DNA of 31,257 nucleotides from a virus, in UHGV virus genome UHGV-0008471, one strand, 5' to 3'. The position numbers and the translations under genes were made by a program. Positions 15,914-25,923 of this stretch are shown here, one piece after another. The notes under the pieces are model-generated. The model was given only the letters and a program-made list of their open reading frames with translations, made no database searches and was not told the DNA's origin. The first letter of the stretch is position 1. Every line of letters starts with the position of its first letter.

Positions 15914-16533
15914 GACTCGAAAGCGTAGCTAAATTTCATTCGCCAAAAAGCCCGATGATGAGCGACTCACCACGGGCCACGGCTTCTGACTCTCTTTCCG
16001 GTACTGATGTGATGGCTGCTATGGGGATGGCGCAATCACAAGCCGGATTCGGGATGGCTGCATTCTGCGGCAAGCACGAACTCAGCCAGAATGACAAACA
16101 AAAAGCTATCAACTATCTGATGCAATTTGCACACAAGGTATCGGGGAAATACCGTGGTGTGGCAAAGCTTGAAGGAAATACTAAGGCAAAGGTACTGCAA
16201 GTGCTCGCAACATTCGCTTATGCGGATTATTGCCGTAGTGCCGCGACGCCTGGCGCAAGATGCAGAGATTGTCACGGTACAGGCCGTGCGGTTGATATAG
16301 CAAAAACAGAGCAGTGGGGGAGAGTTGTTGAGAAAGAATGCGGAAGATGCAAAGGTGTCGGCTATTCAAGGATGCCAGCAAGCGCCGCATATCGCGCTGT
16401 GACGATGCTAATCCCAAATCTTACCCAACCCACCTGGTCACGCACTGTTAAGCCGCTGTATGACGCTCTGGTGGTGCAATGCCACAAAGAAGAGTCAATC
16501 GCAGACAGCATTTTGAATACGGTCACACGTTAG
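15910..16533 (+). CDS. Q: Late-gene antiterminator Q, lambda type (207 aa)
   Basis: MRLESVAKFHSPKSPMMSD... and zinc-finger CRDCHGTG...CGRCKGVG; essentially the lambda Q sequence as I recall it. Confidence 0.9.
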   Translation: MRLESVAKFHSPKSPMMSDSPRATASDSLSGTDVMAAMGMAQSQAGFGMAAFCGKHELSQNDKQKAINYLMQFAHKVSGKYRGVAKLEGNTKAKVLQVLATFAYADYCRSAATPGARCRDCHGTGRAVDIAKTEQWGRVVEKECGRCKGVGYSRMPASAAYRAVTMLIPNLTQPTWSRTVKPLYDALVVQCHKEESIADSILNTVTR

Positions 16534-16575
16534 CAGCATGATTGCCACGGATGGCAACATATTAACGGCATAATA

Positions 16576-16611
16576 TTGACTTATTGAATAAAATTGGGTA
16601 AATTTGACTCA
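16576..16611 (+). promoter_or_regulatory. Late promoter pR' with overlapping qut site
   Basis: TTGACT (16576-16581), 17-bp spacer, TAAATT (16599-16604); the string TTGACTTATTGAATAAAATTGGGTAAATTTGACTCAACGATGG matches lambda pR' as recalled. Confidence 0.8.
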
Positions 16612-16639
16612 ACGATGGATAAATGCACTCGTTAAATAA

Positions 16640-16675
16640 AGCCCTGAGTTAATAGCTCGGGGCTTTTTGCGTTTT
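16640..16675 (+). terminator. Intrinsic terminator shortly downstream of pR' (tR'-like)
   Basis: AGCCCUGAG-UUAAUAG-CUCGGGGCU (one G-U pair) followed by UUUUUGCGUUUU. Confidence 0.6.
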
Positions 16676-16811
16676 AAGCACGGCCTTTCTGAAAGCACAT
16701 CAAACCAAATACCAGACAGACAAAAATAATCACCTTATCCGCTGTGGCTACGGTGCGGTGTGCTTTGCATAAAAGAAAACCAGCTCAATGGCTGGCTTCG
16801 TGAAAGCGGGT

Positions 16812-16849
16812 GGCAAGAGGTTGCGCTAACAACCTCCTGCCGTTTTGCC
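16812..16849 (+). terminator. Second hairpin plus U-rich element upstream of S (imperfect stem)
   Basis: GGCAAGAGGUUG-CGCUAA-CAACCUCCUGCC then GUUUUGCC; one A/C mismatch in a 12-bp stem. Confidence 0.35.
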
Positions 16850-16966
16850 CGTGCATATCGGTCACGAACAAATCTGATTACTAAACACAGTAGCCTGGAT
16901 TTGTTCTATCAGTAATCGACCTTATTCCTAATTAAATAGAGCAAATCCCCTTATTGGGGGTAAGAC

Positions 16967-17290
16967 ATGAAGATGCCAGAAAAACATGACCTGTTAGCCG
17001 CCATTCTCGCGGCAAAGGAACAAGGCATCGGGGCAATCCTTGCGTTTGCAATGGCGTACCTTCGCGGCAGATATAATGGCGGTGCGTTTACAAAAACAGT
17101 AATCGACGCAACGATGTGCGCCATTATCGCCTGGTTCATTCGTGACCTTCTCGACTTCGCCGGACTAAGTAGCAATCTCGCTTATATAACGAGCGTGTTC
17201 ATCGGCTACATCGGTACTGACTCGATTGGTTCGCTTATCAAACGCTTCGCTGCTAAAAAAGCCGGAGTAGAAGATGGTGGAAATCAATAA
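16967..17290 (+). CDS. S: Holin, lambda S type (107 aa; dual-start Met1/Met3)
   Basis: [41 protein letters not shown]...; class I holin with three transmembrane segments. Confidence 0.9.
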   Translation: MKMPEKHDLLAAILAAKEQGIGAILAFAMAYLRGRYNGGAFTKTVIDATMCAIIAWFIRDLLDFAGLSSNLAYITSVFIGYIGTDSIGSLIKRFAAKKAGVEDGGNQ

Positions 17291-17750
17291 TCAACGTAAG
17301 GCGTTCCTCGATATGCTGGCGTGGTCAGAGGGAACTGATAACGGACGTCAGAAAACCAGAAATCATGGTTATGACGTCATTGTAGGCGGAGAGCTATTCA
17401 CTGATTACTCCGATCACCCTCGCAAACTTGTCACGCTAAACCCAAAACTCAAATCAACAGCAGCCGGGCGCTACCAGCTTCTTTCCCGTTGGTGGGATGC
17501 CTATCGTAAGCAGCTTGGCCTGAAAGACTTCTCTCCGAAAAGCCAGGACGCTGTGGCATTGCAGCAGATTAAAGAGCGTGGCGCTTTACCGATGATTGAT
17601 CGCGGTGATATTCGTCAGGCAATTGACCGTTGCAGCAATATCTGGGCTTCACTGCCGGGTGCTGGTTATGGTCAGTTCGAGCATAAGGCTGACAACCTGA
17701 TTGCAAAATTCAAAGAGGCTGGCGGAACGGTCAGAGAGATTGAGGTATGA
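17274..17750 (+). CDS. R: Endolysin, lambda R-type lytic transglycosylase (158 aa)
   Basis: [39 protein letters not shown]... matches lambda R as recalled. Confidence 0.9.
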   Translation: MVEINNQRKAFLDMLAWSEGTDNGRQKTRNHGYDVIVGGELFTDYSDHPRKLVTLNPKLKSTAAGRYQLLSRWWDAYRKQLGLKDFSPKSQDAVALQQIKERGALPMIDRGDIRQAIDRCSNIWASLPGAGYGQFEHKADNLIAKFKEAGGTVREIEV

Positions 17751-18214
17751 GCAGAGTCACCGCGATTATTTCCGCTCTGGTTATCTGCATCATCGTCTGC
17801 CTGTTATGGGCTGTTAATCATTACCGTGATAACGCCATCGCCTACAAAGAGCAGCGCGACAAAAATGCCAGAGAACTGAAGCTGGCGAACTCGACAATTA
17901 CTGACATGCAGGTGCGCCAACGTGATGTTGCTGCGCTCGATGCAAAATACACGAAGGAGTTAGCTGATGCGAAAGCTGAAAATGATGCTCTTCTGCGGAA
18001 GCTTGATAATGGTGGCAGGGTGCTCGTCAAAGGAAAATGCCCTGTGCCATCCTCTGCCGAAACCTCCAGCGCCTCCGGCATGGGCAATGATGCCACCGTC
18101 GAACTCTCTCCAGTTGCTGGACGAAACGTTCTCGATATCCGGGACGGAATTATCCGCGACCAAACAGCACTGAGAACGCTTCAGGAATACATTAGGACGC
18201 AATGCCTTCGATGA
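17747..18214 (+). CDS. Rz: Rz i-spanin (155 aa) with lambda-like N-terminus and divergent C-terminus
   Basis: N-terminal transmembrane segment and coiled-coil up to about AENDAL resemble lambda Rz; the remainder differs. Confidence 0.8.
   Translation: MSRVTAIISALVICIIVCLLWAVNHYRDNAIAYKEQRDKNARELKLANSTITDMQVRQRDVAALDAKYTKELADAKAENDALLRKLDNGGRVLVKGKCPVPSSAETSSASGMGNDATVELSPVAGRNVLDIRDGIIRDQTALRTLQEYIRTQCLR
17967..18173 (+). CDS. Rz1: Rz1 o-spanin lipoprotein embedded in the +1 frame of Rz (68 aa)
   Basis: Signal peptide plus lipobox VAGC; proline-rich [16 protein letters not shown], parallel to lambda Rz1. Confidence 0.7.
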   Translation: MRKLKMMLFCGSLIMVAGCSSKENALCHPLPKPPAPPAWAMMPPSNSLQLLDETFSISGTELSATKQH

Positions 18215-18389
18215 TAGCGATAATTTTACTCATCATCCTTCACATCTGGCTCTGTAGACAGGGTGGTGATCACTTCTGGAGTGAATCCAGATTAAACATC
18301 TCATTGCTGATGCTTGATATTGAGCATCTGGCGCGCGGTAAGGGGCTGCGTTGAGATAAGAGCCAGTCATTACAAATACCAGGATTTAG

Positions 18390-18414
18390 CCTCGCATTCG
18401 CGGGGCTTTTTTAT
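18390..18414 (+). terminator. Intrinsic terminator downstream of the lysis cassette
   Basis: CCUCGC-AUUC-GCGGGG (one G-U pair) followed by CUUUUUUAUAU. Confidence 0.55.
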
Positions 18415-18642
18415 ATCTGCAGTAAACCGCGCATCGCAGCGCGTAACAATCCCGAGTCTTTCAGAAAGCTGAGCCTGAGAACTGCCGTATATGGTGGCGA
18501 CCATCTCGGGGCGGCTTTTCTGTGCGAACAGGCTCATCTTTCTAAAAGGTAAAGACGCAATGAACTACCCAACCGTTGTTAACGATATAGATTCAGAGAC
18601 CTAATTTTTGTAGCAAACAACGATCCGGTTACAGATTCTTTT

Positions 18643-19101
18643 ATGGTGGCAAAAGCATTTGGAAAGCTGCCGAAGAACGTGGTTCGTGACATTGAACGAA
18701 CCATAGAAGCTTGCCCTCCTGAGTTTGATACAAAGCTCAACTTTGAGCTTTGCTATAAAAACAATGAGTTACAGAATGGTAAGCCGCAAAAATTCTACCG
18801 TCTCCGCAAGGATGGGTTGATGCTTTTGGTTATGTCCTACACCAAAAAAGAAGCAATGCGTATCAAAATTGCTTACATCAACGCATTCAACTGGATGTAC
18901 GCCATGCTTCAGGTTGGTCATCGTCAATTTGAAGAAGAGAGAAATGCCGTAATGCTGGAGTACATGAAAGAGAAGGATGTTGCCAGCATGTCAGGCCGCC
19001 TGCTTAATCGCTGGGGAAAAATTAAGAAGCCTCAGCTACTGGCGAGAATTGAACGCCTTGAACAGCACGGGCAAACCGTAATCCCCGGACTCACCAATTA
19101 A
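18643..19101 (+). CDS. Rha-family phage regulatory protein, possibly N-terminally truncated (152 aa)
   Basis: C-terminal part of a Rha-like domain (YRLRKDGLMLLVMSYTKKEAMRIKIAYINAFNWM); no SD before the ATG and no alternative in-frame start back to the stop at 18580. Confidence 0.5.
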   Translation: MVAKAFGKLPKNVVRDIERTIEACPPEFDTKLNFELCYKNNELQNGKPQKFYRLRKDGLMLLVMSYTKKEAMRIKIAYINAFNWMYAMLQVGHRQFEEERNAVMLEYMKEKDVASMSGRLLNRWGKIKKPQLLARIERLEQHGQTVIPGLTN

Positions 19102-19328
19102 CGGCAGTACAGCGAAACAACCCAAGCCAGAAAGTGGGGAAATAACACTGGCAGCCACTGAAAGATGAACCTCCTGCCTTATGGCAAAAAAGATTCTTTG
19201 TGGTGGCGGACTGATGGAAAGACATCGGTTATTGCAGAGACCATTCAATGAGTGGTCTCGACAATGGCTTATACCCTACACGGGATAACTTAACTGATAT
19301 CCCTTTTAACGGATAAACGGAGCCAACA

Positions 19329-19571
19329 ATGGCAGAGATTATTCCCATGACTGAAGAACAGAAATTCCAGTTAGAGATTTACAAGCTGGTCATGAACCAG
19401 AACGCAGCCGCAGAGGAAGCATTTCAGTTCATTGGCACTGACGAACTGAAGCTTGAGCTATTCAAAATTCACTTCCAGTCAGGCGGCGCTAATTCAGATA
19501 TCACGACCCGCACTATCGAAGCGGTGCGTAAATCGAAGGAAGCGTTAGACCTGTTCACCACCGGAGCATAA
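19329..19571 (+). CDS. Hypothetical protein (80 aa) upstream of terminase
   Basis: GGAG SD; helical acidic sequence; no family recognised. Confidence 0.5.
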   Translation: MAEIIPMTEEQKFQLEIYKLVMNQNAAAEEAFQFIGTDELKLELFKIHFQSGGANSDITTRTIEAVRKSKEALDLFTTGA

Positions 19572-19573
19572 AC

Positions 19574-20014
19574 ATGGCGCGCCCAACAAAGTATCAAGAG
19601 GCGTATGCCGAACAGGCACGCAAACTGTGCTTGCTGGGCTACACCGATGCAGAGCTTGCTGATTTCTTCGAAGTCAGTGAGTCAACTATTAACAAGTGGA
19701 AGCTTGATTATCCTGAGTTTTCGGAGTCCATAAAAAAGGGTAAGGCCGTCGCTGATGCAGAAGTTAGTGACCGTCTTTATCAACGCGCTATGGGCTTCGT
19801 GGCTCCAGACATCGATATTCGTGTTATTGAAAACAGAATTGTCGAAACTCCTCTTGAGAAGTATTACCCGCCTGATACAACAGCTGCCATCTTCTGGCTT
19901 AAGAACCGACAGAAGGATAAATGGCGCGACAAGGTTGATCACGAGCTAACAGGCAAAGACGGCGGCGCAATCCAGATTGAAACATCACCGATGAGTACTC
20001 TATTCGGAAAATGA
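19574..20014 (+). CDS. Terminase small subunit (146 aa)
   Basis: Directly precedes and overlaps TerL; C-terminus GKDGGAIQIETSPMSTLFGK matches Sf6-type TerS as recalled; N-terminal HTH-like DNA-binding part differs. Confidence 0.75.
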   Translation: MARPTKYQEAYAEQARKLCLLGYTDAELADFFEVSESTINKWKLDYPEFSESIKKGKAVADAEVSDRLYQRAMGFVAPDIDIRVIENRIVETPLEKYYPPDTTAAIFWLKNRQKDKWRDKVDHELTGKDGGAIQIETSPMSTLFGK

Positions 20015-21426
20015 CCTCGATTAATCCTATCTTTGAACCGTTCATTGAGGCGCATCGCTACAAAGTCGCCAAAGGCGGTCGAGGTAGCGGTAAATCATGG
20101 GCAATTGCGAGACTGCTTGTTGAAGCGGCGCGTCGGCAGCCAGTGCGTATTCTCTGCGCTCGTGAACTGCAAAACAGTATCAGCGATTCGGTAATCCGGC
20201 TGCTTGAAGACACCATAGAGCGTGAAGGGTATACGGCTGAGTTTGAAATTCAGCGTTCCATGATTCGTCATCTCGGGACGAATGCTGAGTTCATGTTCTA
20301 CGGCATCAAAAACAACCCGACGAAGATTAAATCGCTCGAAGGCATTGATATCTGCTGGGTGGAGGAAGCGGAAGCGGTAACGAAGGAATCATGGGATATC
20401 CTGATACCAACCATCCGCAAGCCATTTTCCGAAATATGGGTGAGCTTCAACCCGAAAAACATCCTCGACGATACCTATCAGCGATTCGTAGTAAACCCTC
20501 CCGATGATATTTGTCTGCTGACGGTGAACTACACCGACAACCCGCACTTTCCTGAAGTTCTCCGTCTGGAGATGGAAGAGTGTAAACGCAGAAACCCGAC
20601 ACTGTATCGTCACATCTGGCTTGGTGAGCCAGTAAGCGCAAGTGATATGGCAATCATCAAACGTGAATGGCTTGAAGCTGCAACCGATGCGCACAAGAAA
20701 CTCGGATGGAAAGCGAAAGGCGCTGTTGTCTCTGCGCATGACCCATCAGATACAGGGCCAGATGCTAAAGGTTATGCATCGCGCCACGGTTCGGTAGTTA
20801 AGCGCATTGCCGAAGGCCTGCTGATGGACATCAATGAAGGTGCTGACTGGGCTACTTCGCTGGCGATTGAAGACGGCGCTGACCATTACCTGTGGGATGG
20901 TGATGGTGTTGGTGCCGGGCTACGCAGACAGACAACGGAAGCGTTCTCCGGCAAGAAAATCACCGCCACGATGTTCAAGGGCAGCGAATCGCCATTCGAT
21001 GAAGATGCGCCGTATCAGGCCGGAGCATGGGCTGATGAAGTAGTACAGGGCGACAACGTTCGCACTATTGGCGATGTATTTCGCAATAAGCGAGCGCAAT
21101 TCTATTACGCGCTGGCTGACAGGCTGTATCTGACATATCGGGCGGTTGTTCACGGTGAGTATGCAGACCCCGACGACATGCTGAGTTTCGACAAAGAAGC
21201 GATAGGCGAGAAGATGCTGGAGAAGCTGTTTGCAGAACTGACGCAGATTCAGCGCAAATTCAATAACAACGGGAAGCTGGAGCTTATGACTAAGGTCGAA
21301 ATGAAGCAGAAGCTCGGTATTCCATCTCCTAACCTGGCTGATGCGCTGATGATGTGTATGCATTGCCCGGAGTCGGCTGCGCAACCCGACTATTCCAGTT
21401 ACTCAATTCCTTGTGGTGTAGGTTGA
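20011..21426 (+). CDS. Terminase large subunit (471 aa)
   Basis: Walker A KGGRGSGKSW near the N-terminus; C-terminal nuclease domain; closely resembles Sf6/P22-group TerL as recalled. Confidence 0.9.
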   Translation: MTSINPIFEPFIEAHRYKVAKGGRGSGKSWAIARLLVEAARRQPVRILCARELQNSISDSVIRLLEDTIEREGYTAEFEIQRSMIRHLGTNAEFMFYGIKNNPTKIKSLEGIDICWVEEAEAVTKESWDILIPTIRKPFSEIWVSFNPKNILDDTYQRFVVNPPDDICLLTVNYTDNPHFPEVLRLEMEECKRRNPTLYRHIWLGEPVSASDMAIIKREWLEAATDAHKKLGWKAKGAVVSAHDPSDTGPDAKGYASRHGSVVKRIAEGLLMDINEGADWATSLAIEDGADHYLWDGDGVGAGLRRQTTEAFSGKKITATMFKGSESPFDEDAPYQAGAWADEVVQGDNVRTIGDVFRNKRAQFYYALADRLYLTYRAVVHGEYADPDDMLSFDKEAIGEKMLEKLFAELTQIQRKFNNNGKLELMTKVEMKQKLGIPSPNLADALMMCMHCPESAAQPDYSSYSIPCGVG

Positions 21427-21427
21427 T

Positions 21428-23626
21428 ATGGCAGAAAAAAAGATGACTGACTGGCATCGCAAGGTGCTGTGCAACTTTGATAATGCCTGGTCAGCAACGC
21501 AGGATATGCGTGAGCAGATTATTGAGGCTCAACGTTTCGTCCGGGTATCCGGCGCACAGTGGGAAGGCAGCACAAACGCTGGTTACTCATTTGATGAAGG
21601 CAGGTTTGAGCATTATCCGCGCTTTGAACTGAATAAGATTGCCCGTGAATGTGATCGCATCATTGGCGAGTATCGACAGAATCGCATAAGCGTTAAATTC
21701 AGGCCGAAGGACGATAAGGCATCGGAAGCGTTAGCCGAAAAGATGAACGGCAAATTCCGCGCTGACTATCAGGAAACATCCGGTGGCGAAGCGTGTGATA
21801 ACGCATTTGATGATGCTGTAACGGGAGGATTCGGTTGTTTCCGCATGTGTGCCGATTACGAAGATGAAATGGATCCGAGTAACGAGCAGCGACGCATCAG
21901 CCTTCTTCCTGTTTACGACCCAGCGACATGCGTCTTCTTCGATCAGGACAGCAAGCAATATGACCGCTCTGATGCTATGTGGGCTATGGAAATGTTCTCC
22001 ATGACGCCCAAAGCGTTCGAGGCTGAATACCCTGATTCCATCGCGGCAAGCCTTTCTCGTGATGACACTGGCACTCAATATGACTGGTCAACGCCTGATG
22101 CTATCTATGTTGGTCGCTACTACGAAGTTCGCATAGAGAAGGTGAAGCTCACGGCGTGGCGCAACCCTGTTAGCGGAGAAACGGCAATCTATGATGAAGA
22201 GCAAATCAAAGATATTGTCGACGAGCTAACCGATGGTGCATTCGAACTGATCGGTGAGCGGACAGTGAAGAAACGCAGAGTTTATTGCGGTCTTCTGTCT
22301 GGCGCTGAATGGCTGGAAGAGCCGAAGCGTATTCCTGGCGAACATATTCCTCTCATCCCGGTATATGGGCGTCGCTCATTTGTTGATAATCAGGAGCGAA
22401 TCGAAGGCCACGCAGCAAAAGCGATGGATGCGCAGCGTCTTGAGAACCTGATGGTTTCCATGATTGCAGATAACGCTACTCAGGCTGGCGGTGATGGCAT
22501 TCCTGTAGTTGATGTTGACATGATTCCTGGTACTCTCGCCACTCATTGGGCGGAGCGAAACAAAAAGCGCCCGGCGTTCCTGCCGATGGTCAGTCTGAAA
22601 AACAAAAACGGAGATATTACAGCGCAGGCTCAGGTCAGCAGTTATACGCCTCCGACACAAATGCCTCCTGCTCTTGCCGGGCTATTACAGTACACCGGAA
22701 CGGCTATTCAGCAAATTACAGGTGCGTCGCAGCTTGAGAACATGCCGAGCAACGTCGCTACCGATACCGTTGATAGCATCTTTAACAGGATGGACACGCA
22801 GTCATATATCTACATGGACAACATGGCTAAATCCATGCGTCGCGCTGGCGTTGTGTGGCTTTCTATGGCGCGTGAAGTCTATGGCAGCGATACGCCGATG
22901 CGTATCGTTAATGAGGACGGCAGCGATGACGTGGCGCTGATGACTGGTGAAGTGGTTGACCGTCAGACAGGGCAGGTTATCGCGCTTAACGACCTTTCGC
23001 AGGGTAACTATGAAGTGACTGTCGATGTCGGTCAGTCGTTCGCTACTCGCCGTGATGCAACGGTTAAGTCGTTACTTTCCATGCTGGCACTTATCCCACC
23101 AGGAACGCCGAAGCACGACCTTGTATCGTCGATGATTCTCGACAATATGGACGGCGAAGGGATGGACGACCTGAAAGAATACAACCGCAATCAGTTGCTT
23201 CTGTCTGGAGTTATCAAGCCGAGAACGCCAGAAGAACAGCAGATGGTTGAGCAGGCGAAACAACAACAGGCCAGTCAGCCAGATCCGGCTATGGTTGCTG
23301 CGCAAGGTCAGCTTCTTGCTGGTCAGGCTGAATTGCAGAAAGCGCAGAACGAGCAGGCAGCCATTCAGGTTAAAGCATTCCAGGCACAGACTGATGCTCA
23401 GGTTGCAGCGGCAAACGTTGTGAAAATCCTCGCATCTGCTGATAGCCAGCAGAAATCTGATATCCGCGAGGCTCTGAAACTGCTCGGACAGTTCCAGCAA
23501 CAGCAAGGAGACAATGCCCGTGCTGATGCAGAGCTTGTCCTGAAAAGTCAGGCACAGGGCCATGCGCAGCGCATGGACATCAGCAGCATCCTGCAAAAAT
23601 CAACTCAGCAACAACCACAGCAGTAA
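21428..23626 (+). CDS. Portal protein (P22 gp1 type, 732 aa)
   Basis: Large protein immediately after TerL; Gln-rich helical C-terminal extension typical of P22-like portals. Confidence 0.85.
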   Translation: MAEKKMTDWHRKVLCNFDNAWSATQDMREQIIEAQRFVRVSGAQWEGSTNAGYSFDEGRFEHYPRFELNKIARECDRIIGEYRQNRISVKFRPKDDKASEALAEKMNGKFRADYQETSGGEACDNAFDDAVTGGFGCFRMCADYEDEMDPSNEQRRISLLPVYDPATCVFFDQDSKQYDRSDAMWAMEMFSMTPKAFEAEYPDSIAASLSRDDTGTQYDWSTPDAIYVGRYYEVRIEKVKLTAWRNPVSGETAIYDEEQIKDIVDELTDGAFELIGERTVKKRRVYCGLLSGAEWLEEPKRIPGEHIPLIPVYGRRSFVDNQERIEGHAAKAMDAQRLENLMVSMIADNATQAGGDGIPVVDVDMIPGTLATHWAERNKKRPAFLPMVSLKNKNGDITAQAQVSSYTPPTQMPPALAGLLQYTGTAIQQITGASQLENMPSNVATDTVDSIFNRMDTQSYIYMDNMAKSMRRAGVVWLSMAREVYGSDTPMRIVNEDGSDDVALMTGEVVDRQTGQVIALNDLSQGNYEVTVDVGQSFATRRDATVKSLLSMLALIPPGTPKHDLVSSMILDNMDGEGMDDLKEYNRNQLLLSGVIKPRTPEEQQMVEQAKQQQASQPDPAMVAAQGQLLAGQAELQKAQNEQAAIQVKAFQAQTDAQVAAANVVKILASADSQQKSDIREALKLLGQFQQQQGDNARADAELVLKSQAQGHAQRMDISSILQKSTQQQPQQ

Positions 23627-23716
23627 TTAACCCATAACGTGCAATGGCTGTCTTTATGAGGCCTGGCACCCTATTGCCTTCCGATGGGCTGAACATCGAG
23701 TAAACAGGGGTAACAA

Positions 23717-24610
23717 ATGGACCAGATGGCAGAAAACACACCAGAAGTTGAAATCGAAACCGACGCGTCAGAGCAGATTCCTGATGATGTCGAACTGGCT
23801 GAAGAAGTCGAAACAGAAGATGGCAGTGAGTCCTCCGGCAATGATGCAGAGGAAGCTACTGAAACTGATGACGACGAATCAGAACAGGAATTCTACTTTG
23901 GTGACGAAAAGCTGGATTCGCCAACCAGCGAAGATGGCGCAGAGCATGGACTGGTAAAACACCTGCGCAAGACGATTAAAGAGAAAGACCGTGAGCTGAA
24001 AGAGCTGATGCGTCAGTCTCAGAAACCCGTCGAGCAGCAGCCGGTAATCACTCAACCACCGCGAATGCCAAAACTGGATGATGAGGACATCGGTTTCGAT
24101 GAAGAAATCTACCAGCAACGCATGGCTAAGTGGGCAGAGGATAACGGCAAATACCAGCAACAGGAGATGGCTCGCAAGCAGAAGGAGCAGGAGCTTCAGG
24201 CTGCTTATCAAGAGCGATTATCCAAATATCAGCAACGTGTTAAGGCTCTCAAGGTTCCTGGCTATCAGGAAGCAGAACAGGCCGTACTCGAGGAAATCCC
24301 CATCGAGACACAAAACGCGATCCTGTTTGAGTCAGAGAAGCCGGAAATCGTTGTTCTGGCGCTCGGTCGCAACGCTGAACTGCGCAAGCAACTGGCAGAA
24401 GCTACCAACCCCGTAGCAATTGGTCGTCTGCTGGAACGTATCGAATCGAAGGCCAGAATCATGCCAAAAGCAAAAACCACGGCAGCCACAACCCCGACAG
24501 TTAAGGGGAGCAACGGCGCAGTAATCAATAACCTCGACAAACTGAAAGCCAAGGCGCTGGAAACTGGTGACTGGACGCCGTATTTCGCCGCTAAAAAGGC
24601 AAAAAAATAA
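23717..24610 (+). CDS. Scaffolding protein (P22 gp8 type, 297 aa)
   Basis: Highly acidic N-terminus, long charged helical body and basic C-terminal tail; sits between portal and coat. Confidence 0.8.
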   Translation: MDQMAENTPEVEIETDASEQIPDDVELAEEVETEDGSESSGNDAEEATETDDDESEQEFYFGDEKLDSPTSEDGAEHGLVKHLRKTIKEKDRELKELMRQSQKPVEQQPVITQPPRMPKLDDEDIGFDEEIYQQRMAKWAEDNGKYQQQEMARKQKEQELQAAYQERLSKYQQRVKALKVPGYQEAEQAVLEEIPIETQNAILFESEKPEIVVLALGRNAELRKQLAEATNPVAIGRLLERIESKARIMPKAKTTAATTPTVKGSNGAVINNLDKLKAKALETGDWTPYFAAKKAKK

Positions 24611-24628
24611 CCTATCGGAGCATTAAGC

Positions 24629-25882
24629 ATGGCTAACCAATTAGCAAAAGACCTTGAAATCATGTTCGAAAACTACGTTGAAGGCTTTGAGGCCGCCTGC
24701 GTAGTTTCCCGTAACGCTAAAAAATTCCGTCCCGGTGATACAGCAATGCAGCGAGCAGGTGATGTTCTGTATCGTCCGCAGCATTACCACATGAACATTG
24801 AGGAAGGCCTAGACCTCAGCGGCAAAACGCCAACAGCACTGGTTCAGCGCCTTGTTCCTTCTGTGTTCAAGGAGCCGAAAAACATACTGTACACTCTGGA
24901 TGCGCGTGAAATGCGTGACCCGGAACATAAAACTGAAGCTGGTCGCGCTGCAGGTATGCGCCTTGCTGCACAGATTGACTCTGACCTGATTTCCATGGTC
25001 ACGCAGCGTGCTACTAACGTGATCACGATGGCTGACTCAACCACAGGAACACAGGGCCGTGATTTGTGGAACTGTGCGGCAGGTATTGATGCCACCATGA
25101 CGGCGATTGGTGTACCTCAGGGTATCAACCGTCACTCTTTCTGGAACCCCTTCAACTACAAAGACCTTGCTGGCGAGCTTGGTCACCGTGCCTATGCTCA
25201 GGGTGCAACCCTGACAGCATACGAAAAAGCGCAGATCCCTCCGGTTGCGTCCTTCGATAGCTACAAGACCGATATTTCTGGTCGTGTTCCGAAGGGTACA
25301 GCAACTTCCCTGACGCTGGCGGCTGAACCTGCGCACAAGGTTGAAGCGAAAGATGCCAACGATATGCCAGTGGATAACCGACAGGGGACCATTACGGTAT
25401 CTGCATCTGGTTTGCAGGTTGGCGATGCGTTCACCATTGCTGGCGTGAATTCCGTACACCAAATCACCAAAGATACCACCGGGCAGCCGCAGGTATTCCG
25501 CGTTCTGGCAGTAAGCGGAACGACAGTAACTATCTCCCCGAAAATTCTGCCGCCTGATAACGCTGATGTCGCCAGCCGACCATATGCAAACGTTGATGCT
25601 AACGCGGCAAATGGTGCAGCAATTACCATTCTCAACAAAAATGCCGCACCGGCTAACCTGTTCTGGGCTGATGGTTCTGTTGAGCTGATGTACGGCAAAC
25701 TGGCGTTCCCGACTGGTCAGGGTCCACAGGTAATGACAGCAACCACCGAGCAGGGCGCTACGCTGATCATGTCTTACGCCTTCGACCACATCAAAGGCGT
25801 AACCACTGCTCGTTTCACCACTCTGTACGGTTGCTCTGTACTTGTTCCTGAATATACGGGCATCGTTATTGCCGGGCAGTAA
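24629..25882 (+). CDS. Major capsid (coat) protein (P22 gp5 type, 417 aa)
   Basis: Position after scaffold and size; strong ribosome-binding context; sequence typical of P22-like coat proteins. Confidence 0.85.
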   Translation: MANQLAKDLEIMFENYVEGFEAACVVSRNAKKFRPGDTAMQRAGDVLYRPQHYHMNIEEGLDLSGKTPTALVQRLVPSVFKEPKNILYTLDAREMRDPEHKTEAGRAAGMRLAAQIDSDLISMVTQRATNVITMADSTTGTQGRDLWNCAAGIDATMTAIGVPQGINRHSFWNPFNYKDLAGELGHRAYAQGATLTAYEKAQIPPVASFDSYKTDISGRVPKGTATSLTLAAEPAHKVEAKDANDMPVDNRQGTITVSASGLQVGDAFTIAGVNSVHQITKDTTGQPQVFRVLAVSGTTVTISPKILPPDNADVASRPYANVDANAANGAAITILNKNAAPANLFWADGSVELMYGKLAFPTGQGPQVMTATTEQGATLIMSYAFDHIKGVTTARFTTLYGCSVLVPEYTGIVIAGQ

Positions 25883-25923
25883 TTTTGGTGGGGCTTCGGC
25901 CCCATTTTTATTGGGAGAAGACA

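Noticed and set aside
19036-19248. 70-aa minus-strand ORF in the Rha-to-terminase intergenic region
   Set aside because: No SD, overlaps the 3' end of the Rha-like gene in antisense, and has Cys/Pro-rich composition typical of spurious frames.
20920-21384. 154-aa minus-strand ORF inside the TerL gene
   Set aside because: Antisense to a confidently identified terminase large subunit; no independent support.
23072-23596. 174-aa minus-strand ORF inside the portal gene
   Set aside because: Antisense to the portal C-terminus; Leu/Cys-rich mirror of the Gln-rich coding repeats.
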